NCBI RefSeq assembly: GCF_016026235.1 | Contig: NZ_CP065613.1 | Length of the DNA stretch: 64,000 bases | Direction: 5' to 3' (one strand) | DNA from: Escherichia coli | Lineage (GTDB): Bacteria; Pseudomonadota; Gammaproteobacteria; Enterobacterales; Enterobacteriaceae | In this document: in pieces, positions 10,091 to 20,690 of the stretch | How positions within the stretch are numbered: position 1 is the stretch's first letter | How the letters are laid out: the number at the start of each line of letters is the position of its first letter | The notes under the pieces: generated by a model | Databases searched by the model: none | What the model saw: the letters and a program-made list of their open reading frames with translations, nothing else | What the model was told of the DNA's origin: nothing | Program-made: the position numbers and the translations under genes

Positions 10091-11452
10091 ATGAAGACGT
10101 TATCTCCCGCTGTGATTACTTTACCCTGGCGTCAGGACGCCGCTGAATTTTATTTCTCCCGCTTAAGCCACCTGCCGTGGGCGATGCTTTTACACTCCGG
10201 CTATGCCGATCATCCGTATAGCCGCTTTGATATTGTGGTCGCCGATCCGATTTGCACTTTAACCACTTTAGGTAAAGAAACCATTGTTAGTGAAAGCGAA
10301 AAACGCACAACGACCACTGATGACCCGCTACAGGTGCTCCAGCAGGTGCTGGATCGCGCAGACATTCGCCCAACGCATAACGAAGATTTGCCATTTCAGG
10401 GCGGCGCACTGGGGTTGTTTGGCTACGATCTGGGCCGCCGTTTTGAGTCACTGCCAGAAATTGCGGAACAAGATATCGTTCTGCCGGATATGGCAGTGGG
10501 TATCTACGATTGGGCGCTCATTGTCGACCACCAGCGTCATACAGTTTCTTTGCTGAGTCATAATGATGTCAATGCCCGTCGGGCCTGGCTGGAAAGCCAG
10601 CAATTCTCGCCGCAGGAAGATTTCACGCTCACTTCCGACTGGCAATCCAATATGACCCGCGAGCAGTACGGCGAAAAATTTCGCCTGGTACAGGAATATC
10701 TGCACAGCGGTGATTGCTATCAGGTGAATCTCGCCCAGCGTTTTCATGCGACCTATTCTGGCGATGAATGGCAGGCATTCCTTCAGCTTAATCAGGCCAA
10801 CCGCGCGCCATTTAGCGCTTTTTTACGTCTTGAACAGGGTGCAATTTTAAGCCTTTCGCCAGAGCGGTTTATTCTTTGTGATAATAGTGAAATCCAGACC
10901 CGCCCGATTAAAGGCACGCTACCACGCCTGCCCGATCCTCAGGAAGATAGCAAACAAGCAGAAAAACTGGCGAACTCAGCGAAAGATCGTGCCGAAAATC
11001 TGATGATTGTCGATTTAATGCGTAATGATATCGGTCGTGTTGCCGTAGCCGGTTCGGTAAAAGTACCAGAGCTCTTCGTGGTGGAACCCTTCCCTGCCGT
11101 GCATCATCTGGTCAGCACTATAACGGCGCGACTACCAGAACAGTTACACGCCAGCGATCTGCTGCGCGCAGCTTTTCCTGGTGGCTCAATAACCGGGGCT
11201 CCGAAAGTACGGGCTATGGAAATTATCGACGAACTGGAACCGCAGCGACGTAATGCCTGGTGCGGCAGCATTGGCTATTTGAGCTTTTGCGGCAACATGG
11301 ATACCAGCATTACTATCCGCACGCTGACTGCCATTAACGGACAAATATACTGCTCTGCGGGCGGTGGAATTGTCGCCGATAGCCAGGAAGAAGCGGAATA
11401 TCAGGAAACTTTTGATAAAGTTAATAAGATATTACGCCAACTGGAGAAGTAA
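10091..11452 (+). CDS. pabB: aminodeoxychorismate synthase component I
   Basis: 453-aa ORF recognised as PabB. Confidence 0.9.
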   Translation: MKTLSPAVITLPWRQDAAEFYFSRLSHLPWAMLLHSGYADHPYSRFDIVVADPICTLTTLGKETIVSESEKRTTTTDDPLQVLQQVLDRADIRPTHNEDLPFQGGALGLFGYDLGRRFESLPEIAEQDIVLPDMAVGIYDWALIVDHQRHTVSLLSHNDVNARRAWLESQQFSPQEDFTLTSDWQSNMTREQYGEKFRLVQEYLHSGDCYQVNLAQRFHATYSGDEWQAFLQLNQANRAPFSAFLRLEQGAILSLSPERFILCDNSEIQTRPIKGTLPRLPDPQEDSKQAEKLANSAKDRAENLMIVDLMRNDIGRVAVAGSVKVPELFVVEPFPAVHHLVSTITARLPEQLHASDLLRAAFPGGSITGAPKVRAMEIIDELEPQRRNAWCGSIGYLSFCGNMDTSITIRTLTAINGQIYCSAGGGIVADSQEEAEYQETFDKVNKILRQLEK

Positions 11453-11455
11453 GAC

Positions 11456-12034
11456 GTGGAATACCGTAGCCTGACGCTTGATGATTTTTTATCGCGCTTT
11501 CAACTTTTGCGCCCGCAAATTAACCGGGAAACCCTAAATCATCGTCAGGCTGCCGTGTTAATCCCCATCGTCCGTCGACCGCAACCGGGGTTGTTGCTGA
11601 CTCAGCGTTCAATTCATCTGCGTAAACACGCTGGACAAGTGGCATTCCCTGGAGGTGCAGTCGATGACACGGACGCATCAGTTATCGCCGCCGCGCTGCG
11701 CGAAGCTGAAGAAGAGGTCGCTATACCGCCTTCCGCCGTTGAAGTTATCGGCGTGCTGCCGCCCGTCGATAGCGTAACTGGCTATCAGGTAACCCCAGTG
11801 GTCGGCATTATCCCGCCCGATCTGCCGTATCGCGCCAGTGAAGATGAAGTCTCGGCGGTGTTTGAAATGCCGCTCGCCCAGGCATTACATCTGGGTCGTT
11901 ATCACCCTTTAGATATCTACCGCCGTGGCGATTCACATCGGGTATGGCTGTCCTGGTACGAACAGTATTTTGTATGGGGAATGACCGCAGGCATAATTCG
12001 TGAGCTGGCGCTGCAAATTGGTGTGAAACCCTGA
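11456..12034 (+). CDS. nudL: CoA pyrophosphohydrolase NudL (Nudix)
   Basis: 192-aa ORF with Nudix box ([22 protein letters not shown]). Confidence 0.85.
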
Positions 12035-12217
12035 CTATACTTATCTTTACATCTACAAAACACTACTTGAGACAATCATCGCAATATTAGTTAAATCGCG
12101 GTTTTTGATTAGTTTAATTCATGTGAATAGTTAAGCCAGTCGCCGCGTTCCCTCTTACACTATGCGCTGTTATTAGTTCGTTACTGGAAGTCCAGTCACC
12201 TTGTCAGGAGTATTATC

Positions 12218-13582
12218 GTGATTAGTCTATTCGACATGTTTAAGGTGGGGATTGGTCCCTCATCTTCCCATACCGTAGGGCCTATGAAGGCGGGTAAACA
12301 GTTCGTCGATGATCTGGTCGAAAAAGGCTTACTGGATAGCGTTACTCGCGTTGCCGTGGACGTTTATGGTTCACTGTCGCTGACGGGTAAAGGCCACCAC
12401 ACCGATATCGCCATTATTATGGGTCTTGCAGGTAACGAACCTGCCACCGTGGATATCGACAGTATTCCCGGTTTTATTCGCGACGTAGAAGAGCGCGAAC
12501 GTCTGCTGCTGGCACAGGGACGGCATGAAGTGGATTTCCCGCGCGACAACGGGATGCGTTTTCATAACGGCAACCTGCCGCTGCATGAAAACGGTATGCA
12601 AATCCACGCCTATAACGGCGATGAAGTCGTCTACAGCAAAACTTATTATTCCATCGGCGGCGGTTTTATCGTCGATGAAGAACACTTTGGTCAGGATGCT
12701 GCCAACGAAGTGAGCGTGCCGTATCCGTTCAAATCTGCCACCGAACTGCTCGCGTACTGTAATGAAACCGGCTATTCGCTGTCTGGTCTCGCTATGCAGA
12801 ACGAACTGGCGCTGCACAGCAAGAAAGAGATCGACGAGTATTTCGCGCATGTCTGGCAAACCATGCAGGCATGTATCGATCGCGGGATGAACACCGAAGG
12901 TGTACTGCCAGGCCCGCTGCGCGTGCCACGTCGTGCGTCTGCCCTGCGCCGGATGCTGGTTTCCAGCGATAAACTGTCTAACGATCCGATGAATGTCATT
13001 GACTGGGTAAACATGTTTGCGCTGGCAGTTAACGAAGAAAACGCCGCCGGTGGTCGTGTGGTAACTGCGCCAACCAACGGTGCCTGCGGTATCGTTCCGG
13101 CAGTGCTGGCTTACTATGACCACTTTATTGAATCGGTCAGCCCGGACATCTATACCCGTTACTTTATGGCAGCGGGCGCGATTGGTGCATTGTATAAAAT
13201 GAACGCCTCTATTTCCGGTGCGGAAGTTGGTTGCCAGGGCGAAGTGGGTGTTGCCTGTTCAATGGCTGCTGCGGGTCTTGCAGAACTGCTGGGCGGTAGC
13301 CCGGAACAGGTTTGCGTGGCGGCGGAAATTGGCATGGAACACAACCTTGGTTTAACCTGCGACCCGGTTGCAGGGCAGGTTCAGGTGCCGTGCATTGAGC
13401 GTAATGCCATTGCCTCTGTGAAGGCGATTAACGCCGCACGGATGGCTCTGCGCCGCACCAGTGCACCGCGCGTCTCGCTGGATAAGGTCATCGAAACGAT
13501 GTACGAAACCGGTAAGGACATGAACGCCAAATACCGCGAAACCTCACGCGGTGGTCTGGCAATCAAAGTCCAGTGTGACTAA
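12218..13582 (+). CDS. sdaA: L-serine dehydratase 1
   Basis: 454-aa ORF recognised as SdaA; GTG start. Confidence 0.9.
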   Translation: MISLFDMFKVGIGPSSSHTVGPMKAGKQFVDDLVEKGLLDSVTRVAVDVYGSLSLTGKGHHTDIAIIMGLAGNEPATVDIDSIPGFIRDVEERERLLLAQGRHEVDFPRDNGMRFHNGNLPLHENGMQIHAYNGDEVVYSKTYYSIGGGFIVDEEHFGQDAANEVSVPYPFKSATELLAYCNETGYSLSGLAMQNELALHSKKEIDEYFAHVWQTMQACIDRGMNTEGVLPGPLRVPRRASALRRMLVSSDKLSNDPMNVIDWVNMFALAVNEENAAGGRVVTAPTNGACGIVPAVLAYYDHFIESVSPDIYTRYFMAAGAIGALYKMNASISGAEVGCQGEVGVACSMAAAGLAELLGGSPEQVCVAAEIGMEHNLGLTCDPVAGQVQVPCIERNAIASVKAINAARMALRRTSAPRVSLDKVIETMYETGKDMNAKYRETSRGGLAIKVQCD

Positions 13583-13593
13583 TACTTCTTACT

Positions 13594-13616
13594 CGCCCAT
13601 CTGCAACGGATGGGCG
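13594..13616 (+). terminator. hairpin downstream of sdaA
   Basis: cgcccatctgcaacggatgggcg inverted repeat after sdaA stop. Confidence 0.4.
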
Positions 13617-13712
13617 AATTTATCCCCGCTTTCTCGTCTGCTGTAATATTCCCCACTACACTTCCACTGTTGCGTCAGGCGTTTGTCGCCATACGCTTAC
13701 AGGGTGGCCCGC

Positions 13713-15311
13713 ATGCAAAAAGCACAACGGATCATTAAAACCTATCGCCGTAATCGAATGATTGTTTGTACGATTTGCGCACTCGTTACGCTCGCTTCGA
13801 CCCTGAGCGTGCGATTTATTTCACAGCGTAACTTAAATCAACAACGGGTAGTACAATTCGCCAATCACGCTGTAGAAGAATTAGATAAAGTACTGCTTCC
13901 CCTACAGGCAGGTAGCGAAGTCTTGCTTCCGCTGATTGGTCTGCCCTGCTCTGTCGCCCATTTGCCATTACGTAAACAGGCGGCAAAACTCCAAACTGTG
14001 CGATCCATTGGCCTGGTGCAAGACGGCACACTTTATTGCTCCAGCATTTTTGGTTATCGCAATGTGCCCGTCGTGGACATTCTGGCTGAACTTCCTGCAC
14101 CGCAACCACTTTTACGCCTGACGACCGACCGTGTCCTGATTAAAGGCAGTCCGGTTTTGATTCAATGGACGCCTGCAGCGAGCAGTAGCAATGCTGGGGT
14201 CATGGAGATGATTAACATCGACTTACTGACGGCAATGCTGCTTGAGCCACAACTGCCGCAAATCAGTAGCGCCAGCCTGACGGTGGACAAACGGCATTTG
14301 CTCTATGGTAATGGGCTGGTAGATTCCCTTCCACAACCTGAAGACAATGAAAACTATCAGGTTTCTTCGCAACGCTTTCCTTTTACCATTAACGTTAATG
14401 GTCCGGGGGCTACGGCGCTGGCATGGCACTATCTTCCAACACAATTACCGCTGGCGGTGCTGCTAAGTTTACTGGTGGGCTACATCGCCTGGCTGGCGAC
14501 CGCTTACCGAATGAGCTTTTCCCGCGAAATCAATCTGGGCCTGGCGCAACATGAGTTCGAATTGTTCTGTCAGCCTTTGCTTAATGCGCGCAGCCAGCAA
14601 TGTATTGGTGTAGAGATTTTGCTGCGCTGGAACAATCCGCGTCAGGGCTGGATTTCACCGGATGTGTTTATTCCTATCGCGGAAGAACATCATTTAATTG
14701 TGCCACTAACCCGCTATGTGATGGCAGAAACCATTCGTCAGCGCCATGTTTTCCCGATGAGTAGTCAGTTTCATGTTGGCATTAACGTCGCACCCAGCCA
14801 TTTTCGCCGTGGTGTGCTGATAAAAGATCTCAATCAGTACTGGTTTAGCGCTCACCCGATTCAGCAACTGATCCTCGAAATCACCGAACGCGATGCCTTA
14901 CTGGATGTTGATTATCGGATTGCCCGCGAGCTACATCGTAAAAACGTCAAACTGGCGATTGATGACTTCGGCACCGGCAACAGTTCATTTTCCTGGCTTG
15001 AAACATTACGTCCTGACGTGCTGAAAATTGATAAGTCATTTACCGCAGCTATAGGTTCTGACGCGGTTAACTCGACGGTGACCGATATCATCATCGCGCT
15101 GGGGCAAAGACTGAATATTGAACTGGTGGCGGAGGGCGTGGAAACGCAAGAACAGGCGAAGTATTTGCGCCGTCATGGCGTGCATATTTTGCAAGGGTAT
15201 TTGTACGCACAGCCGATGCCGCTACGTGATTTTCCCAAATGGCTGGCGGGCAGCCAACCGCCGCCCGCCCGGCATAATGGACATATCACGCCCATTATGC
15301 CGTTACGTTAA
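13713..15311 (+). CDS. pdeD: c-di-GMP phosphodiesterase PdeD (YoaD), CSS-motif sensor plus EAL domain
   Basis: Recognised as YoaD; start taken at MQKAQRIIKTY inside the 542-aa track ORF. Confidence 0.85.
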   Translation: MQKAQRIIKTYRRNRMIVCTICALVTLASTLSVRFISQRNLNQQRVVQFANHAVEELDKVLLPLQAGSEVLLPLIGLPCSVAHLPLRKQAAKLQTVRSIGLVQDGTLYCSSIFGYRNVPVVDILAELPAPQPLLRLTTDRVLIKGSPVLIQWTPAASSSNAGVMEMINIDLLTAMLLEPQLPQISSASLTVDKRHLLYGNGLVDSLPQPEDNENYQVSSQRFPFTINVNGPGATALAWHYLPTQLPLAVLLSLLVGYIAWLATAYRMSFSREINLGLAQHEFELFCQPLLNARSQQCIGVEILLRWNNPRQGWISPDVFIPIAEEHHLIVPLTRYVMAETIRQRHVFPMSSQFHVGINVAPSHFRRGVLIKDLNQYWFSAHPIQQLILEITERDALLDVDYRIARELHRKNVKLAIDDFGTGNSSFSWLETLRPDVLKIDKSFTAAIGSDAVNSTVTDIIIALGQRLNIELVAEGVETQEQAKYLRRHGVHILQGYLYAQPMPLRDFPKWLAGSQPPPARHNGHITPIMPLR

Positions 15312-15377
15312 CGCTGATATGACTTTCCGTGTCAAACCGGAATCTCTAATTTTGACGATTTTCTTTTTAGGTTTAAT

Positions 15378-15562
15378 TCCCTGAGGGCGACGTAGCAGTA
15401 AATCCGACGGTGAATCACGCTGATATTCGCGGGTTGGATACCGCATTACAGAGGTCCGTCATATGAGCCTGCCACTTTCTTACGTCGCGAATCAGCTTTG
15501 TTCCGCCGTCGCCAAGCGCTAACGTGGGTTACTCTTGTACTGGGCTACGTCGCCTTCAGGGA
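15378..15562. repeat. 19-bp imperfect inverted repeat pair (18/19) in the 3' non-coding end of the IS110-family element
   Basis: TCCCTGAGGGCGACGTAGC at 15378..15396 and GCTACGTCGCCTTCAGGGA at 15544..15562. Confidence 0.7.
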
Positions 15563-15618
15563 ACTGGTTATTCTCATTTTTTATTTGTGACATTGTGGTT
15601 GTTGTGCGACAGACATTG

Positions 15619-16707
15619 CTATTCGGCCCATATCCCAGATAAAACCCGCCAGCTCACGTGCAACAGCAACAATTGTAATATTGACATTCTTTCCTTTGGC
15701 CTGAAGTTTTCGATACCTCTTACAAAGCCTGAGTTGAGCATCCCATGCTCTGTCAATGACGGGGCGGGGTAAATTTTCCTGCCTTTTTGTATTGCCGGAC
15801 TGATGCGTGCCGGATGACGGTAACTCCACGCTGCCTCGACCAATAGCTTTCTGGCATAGCTGTTTCCGGCTTTGGTAATGCTGCCCTGATGTCTGCTTCC
15901 ACCCGATGAATATTCTGATGGCGTGATACCAAACCATGACATCAGTTGTCGTGGATGTTCAAAACGGGTCAGATCACCCAGTTCAGAAATTAATCCAACC
16001 GCAGTAATAAACTGAATCCCTCGCATGGCTTGCAGCGCCTCTACTACCGGATACAGCCTCCATTCGGTAACGGCCTCCTTCAGGGCGGATTCCAGCCGTT
16101 CACATTGTGCCTGCCGGTCTTCTATTGTACGACGGTGTTCGTCAAAAGCTAATTGTCGCCAGGGACTTTCGAATGAGTATTTGCTGAGCCAGCGTCGGTG
16201 TGCAGGGCCCCAATCTGCTCGCCCGACATAATGGACCCCATGAACCAGAAGAAACGATTTCAGACGTTGCCTTGCATGCCGTAAATCATCGCGGGCAGAT
16301 GCCCATGCCCGGGCCAAATCCCGGAATGCCTCATCTTCAATGCCGGGTACGTAGACAGCAGAAAGATCTCCTGCACGCAGTGAACGCACAAGTCTGATGG
16401 CATCACGGCGATCGGTTTTAACCCGCTCCCCCGGTTTTTTCGGGATAAGTGAGGGGGCGCAGACCATGCAGTCAAAACCGGATTTCACCAGCCGACGATA
16501 AAGTCCATAACCACAGGGCCCCGCTTCATAAACGATACTGACCTGCGATGACTTTGACCTGAGACGTTTACAAAGATTCTGAATATCAGTAGGTGATGTG
16601 CCAATTTTACCCATCAGTTCAACAGGTTCTGAATTGATAGCATAAGCGACAGTAATCGATTCTTTGTGAACATCTAACCCGACGTACAATGTGTTATTGT
16701 TGTTCAT
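15619..16707 (-). CDS. IS110-family transposase (DEDD RuvC-like N-terminal domain, IS116/IS110/IS902 C-terminal domain)
   Basis: N-terminus MNNNNTLYVGLDVHKESITVAYA and C-terminal ITAVGLISELGD...GITPSEYSSGGS...KAGNSYARKLL motifs; start taken at M17 of the 378-aa track ORF. Confidence 0.8.
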   Translation of the reverse strand: MNNNNTLYVGLDVHKESITVAYAINSEPVELMGKIGTSPTDIQNLCKRLRSKSSQVSIVYEAGPCGYGLYRRLVKSGFDCMVCAPSLIPKKPGERVKTDRRDAIRLVRSLRAGDLSAVYVPGIEDEAFRDLARAWASARDDLRHARQRLKSFLLVHGVHYVGRADWGPAHRRWLSKYSFESPWRQLAFDEHRRTIEDRQAQCERLESALKEAVTEWRLYPVVEALQAMRGIQFITAVGLISELGDLTRFEHPRQLMSWFGITPSEYSSGGSRHQGSITKAGNSYARKLLVEAAWSYRHPARISPAIQKGRKIYPAPSLTEHGMLNSGFVRGIENFRPKERMSILQLLLLHVSWRVLSGIWAE

Positions 16708-16833
16708 GCTGGCCTCCGTGGTGGAAATACCGGGGTGTAGCAACAGCTCACCCATGCGGCTCTGACAACGATGTTAACCCGCGTTAAATATCCCACGTTG
16801 GCCAGCATCTGTCTCACGGAAAGTCATACTGCC

Positions 16834-18390
16834 TTACTCATCTTCATCGTGCGCCGGTTGCTCTTTAACAATGCGAACCAGATCAACACGATAATCATTG
16901 GCTTCAATGATGGTGATATGCAGTGGCCCTACATCAATCACATCGCCCACACGGGGAATGTGACCATTTGCCGAGATCACGAGGCCCGCGACCGTCGCGA
17001 TATCATCGTCATCGGCAAGGTGCTCAACATCAAGCGCCTGCTGCAAGGCATGCAAATCTGTACCGCCTTTTACCAGCCAGCCGTCACCATCAGTAATGAT
17101 TTCCGGCGTTTCGTCAGCGTCCGGGAATTCACCCGCAATGGCTTCCAGCACATCCAGCGGCGTGACCAGACCTTGTACCACACCAAACTCGTTGGTCACG
17201 ATAACAAAGCTCCCGCGAGCACGACGCAGCACGCCCAACAGGTTGATCGGATCGAGGGTTTCCGGGACGATAATCGCCGGAGACGCCGAAGCAATCGCCG
17301 CCACATCAACGCCCTCTTCCAGCGCCACCAGCAGTTCTTTAGCACGTACGATTCCGATGATTTCATCCAGTTCACCGCGACATACCGGGAACAGGCTGTG
17401 CGGTGAGGAGAGCAGCTGCTCGCGGATTTCATCTACCCCGAGATTAGCGTCAACCCAGCTTATTTCACCGCGCGGCGTCATGATCCCGCGCAGAGAACGC
17501 GACGCCAGCGTCAGTACGCCGTTAATCATGTAACGTTCTTCTTCGGCAAATGCACCTTCCGGGATCGGCATCGGCATCGGGTTATCGGCATCGTGCTGAA
17601 CATTGGCCTGACGTTTCCCGCCCATCAAACGCAGGATAGCATCGGCAGTACGCGCTCGCAGCGGCAAAGTCGACTGGTGACGAATAAAGTTGCGACGCGC
17701 AATCTGGTTAAACACTTCGATGATGATCGAGAAGCCAATCGCGGCATACAGGTAACCTTTCGGAATGTGGAAACCGAAACCTTCTGCCACCAGACTCAGA
17801 CCAATCATTAACAGGAAGCTCAGACAGAGCACCACCACCGTGGGGTGCTGGTTAACGAATCGCGTCAGCGGTTTGGATGCCAGCAACATAACCGCCATCG
17901 CAATCACTACCGCCGCCATCATCACCGGCAGATGGTTAACCATCCCTACTGCAGTAATTACCGCATCCAACGAGAAGACGGCGTCAAGGATGACAATCTG
18001 TGTGACGACCACCCAGAAACTGGCGTAGCCTTTACCGTGGCCGGAATCATGATCGCGGTTTTCCAGCCGTTCATGCAGTTCGGTTGTTGCTTTGAACAGC
18101 AAGAATATCCCCCCGAACAACATAATCAGGTCGCGTCCGGAGAAGGAGAAATCCATGACGGTAAATAGCGGTTTGGTCAGCGTGACCATCCATGAAATCA
18201 GCGACAGCAGCCCCAGACGCATAATCAGCGCCAGTGATAACCCCAGCAAACGCGCTTTATCGCGTTGTTTTGGCGGCAGTTTGTCAGCAAGAATGGCGAT
18301 GAAGACCAGGTTATCGATACCCAGCACAATTTCGAGAACAACAAGCGTGAGTAGCCCCGCCCAAATTGAGGGGTCCATTAAGAATTCCAT
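16834..18390 (-). CDS. yoaE: TerC-family membrane protein with CBS and CorC/HlyC domains, YoaE
   Basis: 518-aa ORF recognised as YoaE. Confidence 0.9.
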   Translation of the reverse strand: MEFLMDPSIWAGLLTLVVLEIVLGIDNLVFIAILADKLPPKQRDKARLLGLSLALIMRLGLLSLISWMVTLTKPLFTVMDFSFSGRDLIMLFGGIFLLFKATTELHERLENRDHDSGHGKGYASFWVVVTQIVILDAVFSLDAVITAVGMVNHLPVMMAAVVIAMAVMLLASKPLTRFVNQHPTVVVLCLSFLLMIGLSLVAEGFGFHIPKGYLYAAIGFSIIIEVFNQIARRNFIRHQSTLPLRARTADAILRLMGGKRQANVQHDADNPMPMPIPEGAFAEEERYMINGVLTLASRSLRGIMTPRGEISWVDANLGVDEIREQLLSSPHSLFPVCRGELDEIIGIVRAKELLVALEEGVDVAAIASASPAIIVPETLDPINLLGVLRRARGSFVIVTNEFGVVQGLVTPLDVLEAIAGEFPDADETPEIITDGDGWLVKGGTDLHALQQALDVEHLADDDDIATVAGLVISANGHIPRVGDVIDVGPLHITIIEANDYRVDLVRIVKEQPAHDEDE

Positions 18391-18852
18391 GACAAGCTCC
18401 TGCTTAAGGAATAGCTATTCGACGCCAGAAATAATGCAGGCGTAACGACAAAATGCAAACGAAAGGTGCGGCATAGAGTGCCAGAAAGGCAGGCGCTAAA
18501 AGGCCTGATGCTGAAATGACGTCGGTGACGATCCATACTGCGGGCTACTGCCCTATACTCCATGGTTGTTAAACGGGAGTTAAACATATCAGAGACGCCT
18601 CTGATTTGGCAAAGATTTACCTTCCTTTGCAAACGAATGTGACAAGGATATTTTACCTTTCGAAATTTCTGATAATCGAAAGGTAAATTACGGATCTTCA
18701 TCACATAAAATAATTTTTTCGATATCTAAAATAAATCGCGAAACACAGGGGTTTTTGGTTGTAGCCCTTATCTGAATCGATTCGATTGTGGACGACGATT
18801 CAAAAATACATCTGGCACGTTGAGGTGTTAACGATAATAAAGGAGGTAGCAA

Positions 18853-19824
18853 GTGACCATTGCTATTGTTATAGGCACACATGGTTGGGCTGCAGAGCAG
18901 TTGCTTAAAACGGCAGAAATGCTGTTAGGCGAGCAGGAAAACGTCGGCTGGATCGATTTCGTTCCAGGTGAAAATGCCGAAACGCTGATTGAAAAGTACA
19001 ACGCTCAGTTGGCAAAACTCGACACCACTAAAGGCGTGCTGTTTCTCGTTGATACATGGGGAGGCAGCCCGTTCAATGCTGCCAGCCGCATTGTCGTCGA
19101 CAAAGAGCATTATGAAGTCATTGCAGGCGTTAACATTCCAATGCTCGTGGAAACGTTAATGGCCCGTGATGATGACCCAAGCTTTGATGAACTGGTTGCG
19201 CTGGCAGTAGAAACAGGCCGTGAAGGCGTGAAAGCGCTGAAAGCCAAACCGGTTGAAAAAGCCGCGCCAGCACCCGCTGCCGCAGCACCAAAAGCGGCTC
19301 CAACTCCGGCAAAACCAATGGGGCCAAACGACTACATGGTTATTGGCCTTGCGCGTATCGACGACCGTCTGATTCACGGTCAGGTCGCCACCCGCTGGAC
19401 CAAAGAAACCAATGTCTCCCGTATTATTGTTGTTAGTGATGAAGTGGCTGCGGATACCGTTCGTAAGACACTGCTCACCCAGGTTGCACCTCCGGGCGTA
19501 ACAGCACACGTAGTTGATGTTGCCAAAATGATTCGCGTCTACAACAACCCGAAATATGCTGGCGAACGTGTAATGCTGTTATTTACCAACCCAACAGATG
19601 TAGAGCGTCTCGTTGAAGGCGGCGTGAAAATCACCTCTGTTAACGTCGGTGGTATGGCATTCCGTCAGGGTAAAACCCAGGTGAATAACGCGGTTTCGGT
19701 TGATGAAAAAGATATCGAGGCGTTCAAAAAACTGAATGCACGCGGTATTGAGCTGGAAGTCCGTAAGGTTTCCACCGATCCGAAACTGAAAATGATGGAT
19801 CTGATCAGCAAAATCGATAAGTAA
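18853..19824 (+). CDS. manX: PTS mannose transporter subunit EIIAB
   Basis: 323-aa ORF with Ala/Pro-rich hinge; GTG start after AGGAGG. Confidence 0.9.
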   Translation: MTIAIVIGTHGWAAEQLLKTAEMLLGEQENVGWIDFVPGENAETLIEKYNAQLAKLDTTKGVLFLVDTWGGSPFNAASRIVVDKEHYEVIAGVNIPMLVETLMARDDDPSFDELVALAVETGREGVKALKAKPVEKAAPAPAAAAPKAAPTPAKPMGPNDYMVIGLARIDDRLIHGQVATRWTKETNVSRIIVVSDEVAADTVRKTLLTQVAPPGVTAHVVDVAKMIRVYNNPKYAGERVMLLFTNPTDVERLVEGGVKITSVNVGGMAFRQGKTQVNNAVSVDEKDIEAFKKLNARGIELEVRKVSTDPKLKMMDLISKIDK

Positions 19825-19886
19825 CGTATTGTGTTGATTATCACTCAGTTTTCACACTTTAGTCTTACGTAAACAGGAGAAGTACA

Positions 19887-20687
19887 ATGGAGATTACCAC
19901 TCTTCAAATTGTGCTGGTATTTATCGTAGCCTGTATCGCAGGTATGGGATCAATCCTCGATGAATTTCAGTTTCACCGTCCGCTAATCGCGTGTACCCTG
20001 GTGGGTATCGTTCTTGGGGATATGAAAACCGGTATTATTATCGGTGGTACGCTGGAAATGATCGCGCTGGGCTGGATGAACATCGGTGCTGCAGTTGCGC
20101 CTGACGCCGCTCTGGCTTCTATCATTTCTACCATTCTGGTTATCGCAGGTCATCAGAGCATTGGTGCAGGTATCGCACTGGCAATCCCTCTGGCCGCTGC
20201 GGGCCAGGTACTGACCATCATCGTTCGTACTATTACCGTTGCTTTCCAGCACGCTGCGGATAAGGCTGCTGATAACGGCAACCTGACAGCGATTTCCTGG
20301 ATCCACGTTTCTTCACTGTTCCTGCAAGCAATGCGTGTGGCTATTCCGGCCGTCATCGTTGCGCTGTCTGTTGGTACCAGCGAAGTACAGAACATGCTGA
20401 ATGCGATTCCGGAAGTGGTGACCAATGGTCTGAATATCGCCGGTGGCATGATCGTGGTGGTTGGTTATGCGATGGTTATCAACATGATGCGTGCTGGCTA
20501 CCTGATGCCGTTCTTCTACCTCGGCTTCGTAACCGCAGCATTCACCAACTTTAACCTGGTTGCTCTGGGTGTGATCGGTACTGTTATGGCAGTGCTCTAC
20601 ATCCAACTTAGCCCGAAATACAACCGCGTAGCCGGTGCGCCTGCTCAGGCTGCTGGTAACAACGATCTCGATAACGAACTGGACTAA
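19887..20687 (+). CDS. manY: PTS mannose transporter subunit EIIC
   Basis: 266-aa hydrophobic ORF recognised as ManY. Confidence 0.9.
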   Translation: MEITTLQIVLVFIVACIAGMGSILDEFQFHRPLIACTLVGIVLGDMKTGIIIGGTLEMIALGWMNIGAAVAPDAALASIISTILVIAGHQSIGAGIALAIPLAAAGQVLTIIVRTITVAFQHAADKAADNGNLTAISWIHVSSLFLQAMRVAIPAVIVALSVGTSEVQNMLNAIPEVVTNGLNIAGGMIVVVGYAMVINMMRAGYLMPFFYLGFVTAAFTNFNLVALGVIGTVMAVLYIQLSPKYNRVAGAPAQAAGNNDLDNELD

Positions 20688-20690
20688 CAG

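Larger units (their letters stand above)
15330..16825 (-). mobile_element. IS110-family insertion sequence (IS1111-like layout: short 5' end, long 3' non-coding end); boundaries approximate
   Basis: About 1.5 kb between convergent yoaD and yoaE containing a DEDD-type transposase gene; no terminal inverted repeats expected for this family. Confidence 0.6.

Noticed and set aside
12371-13123. 250-aa minus-strand ORF
   Set aside because: Antisense within sdaA.
16771-17406. 211-aa plus-strand ORF
   Set aside because: Antisense within yoaE 3' half.
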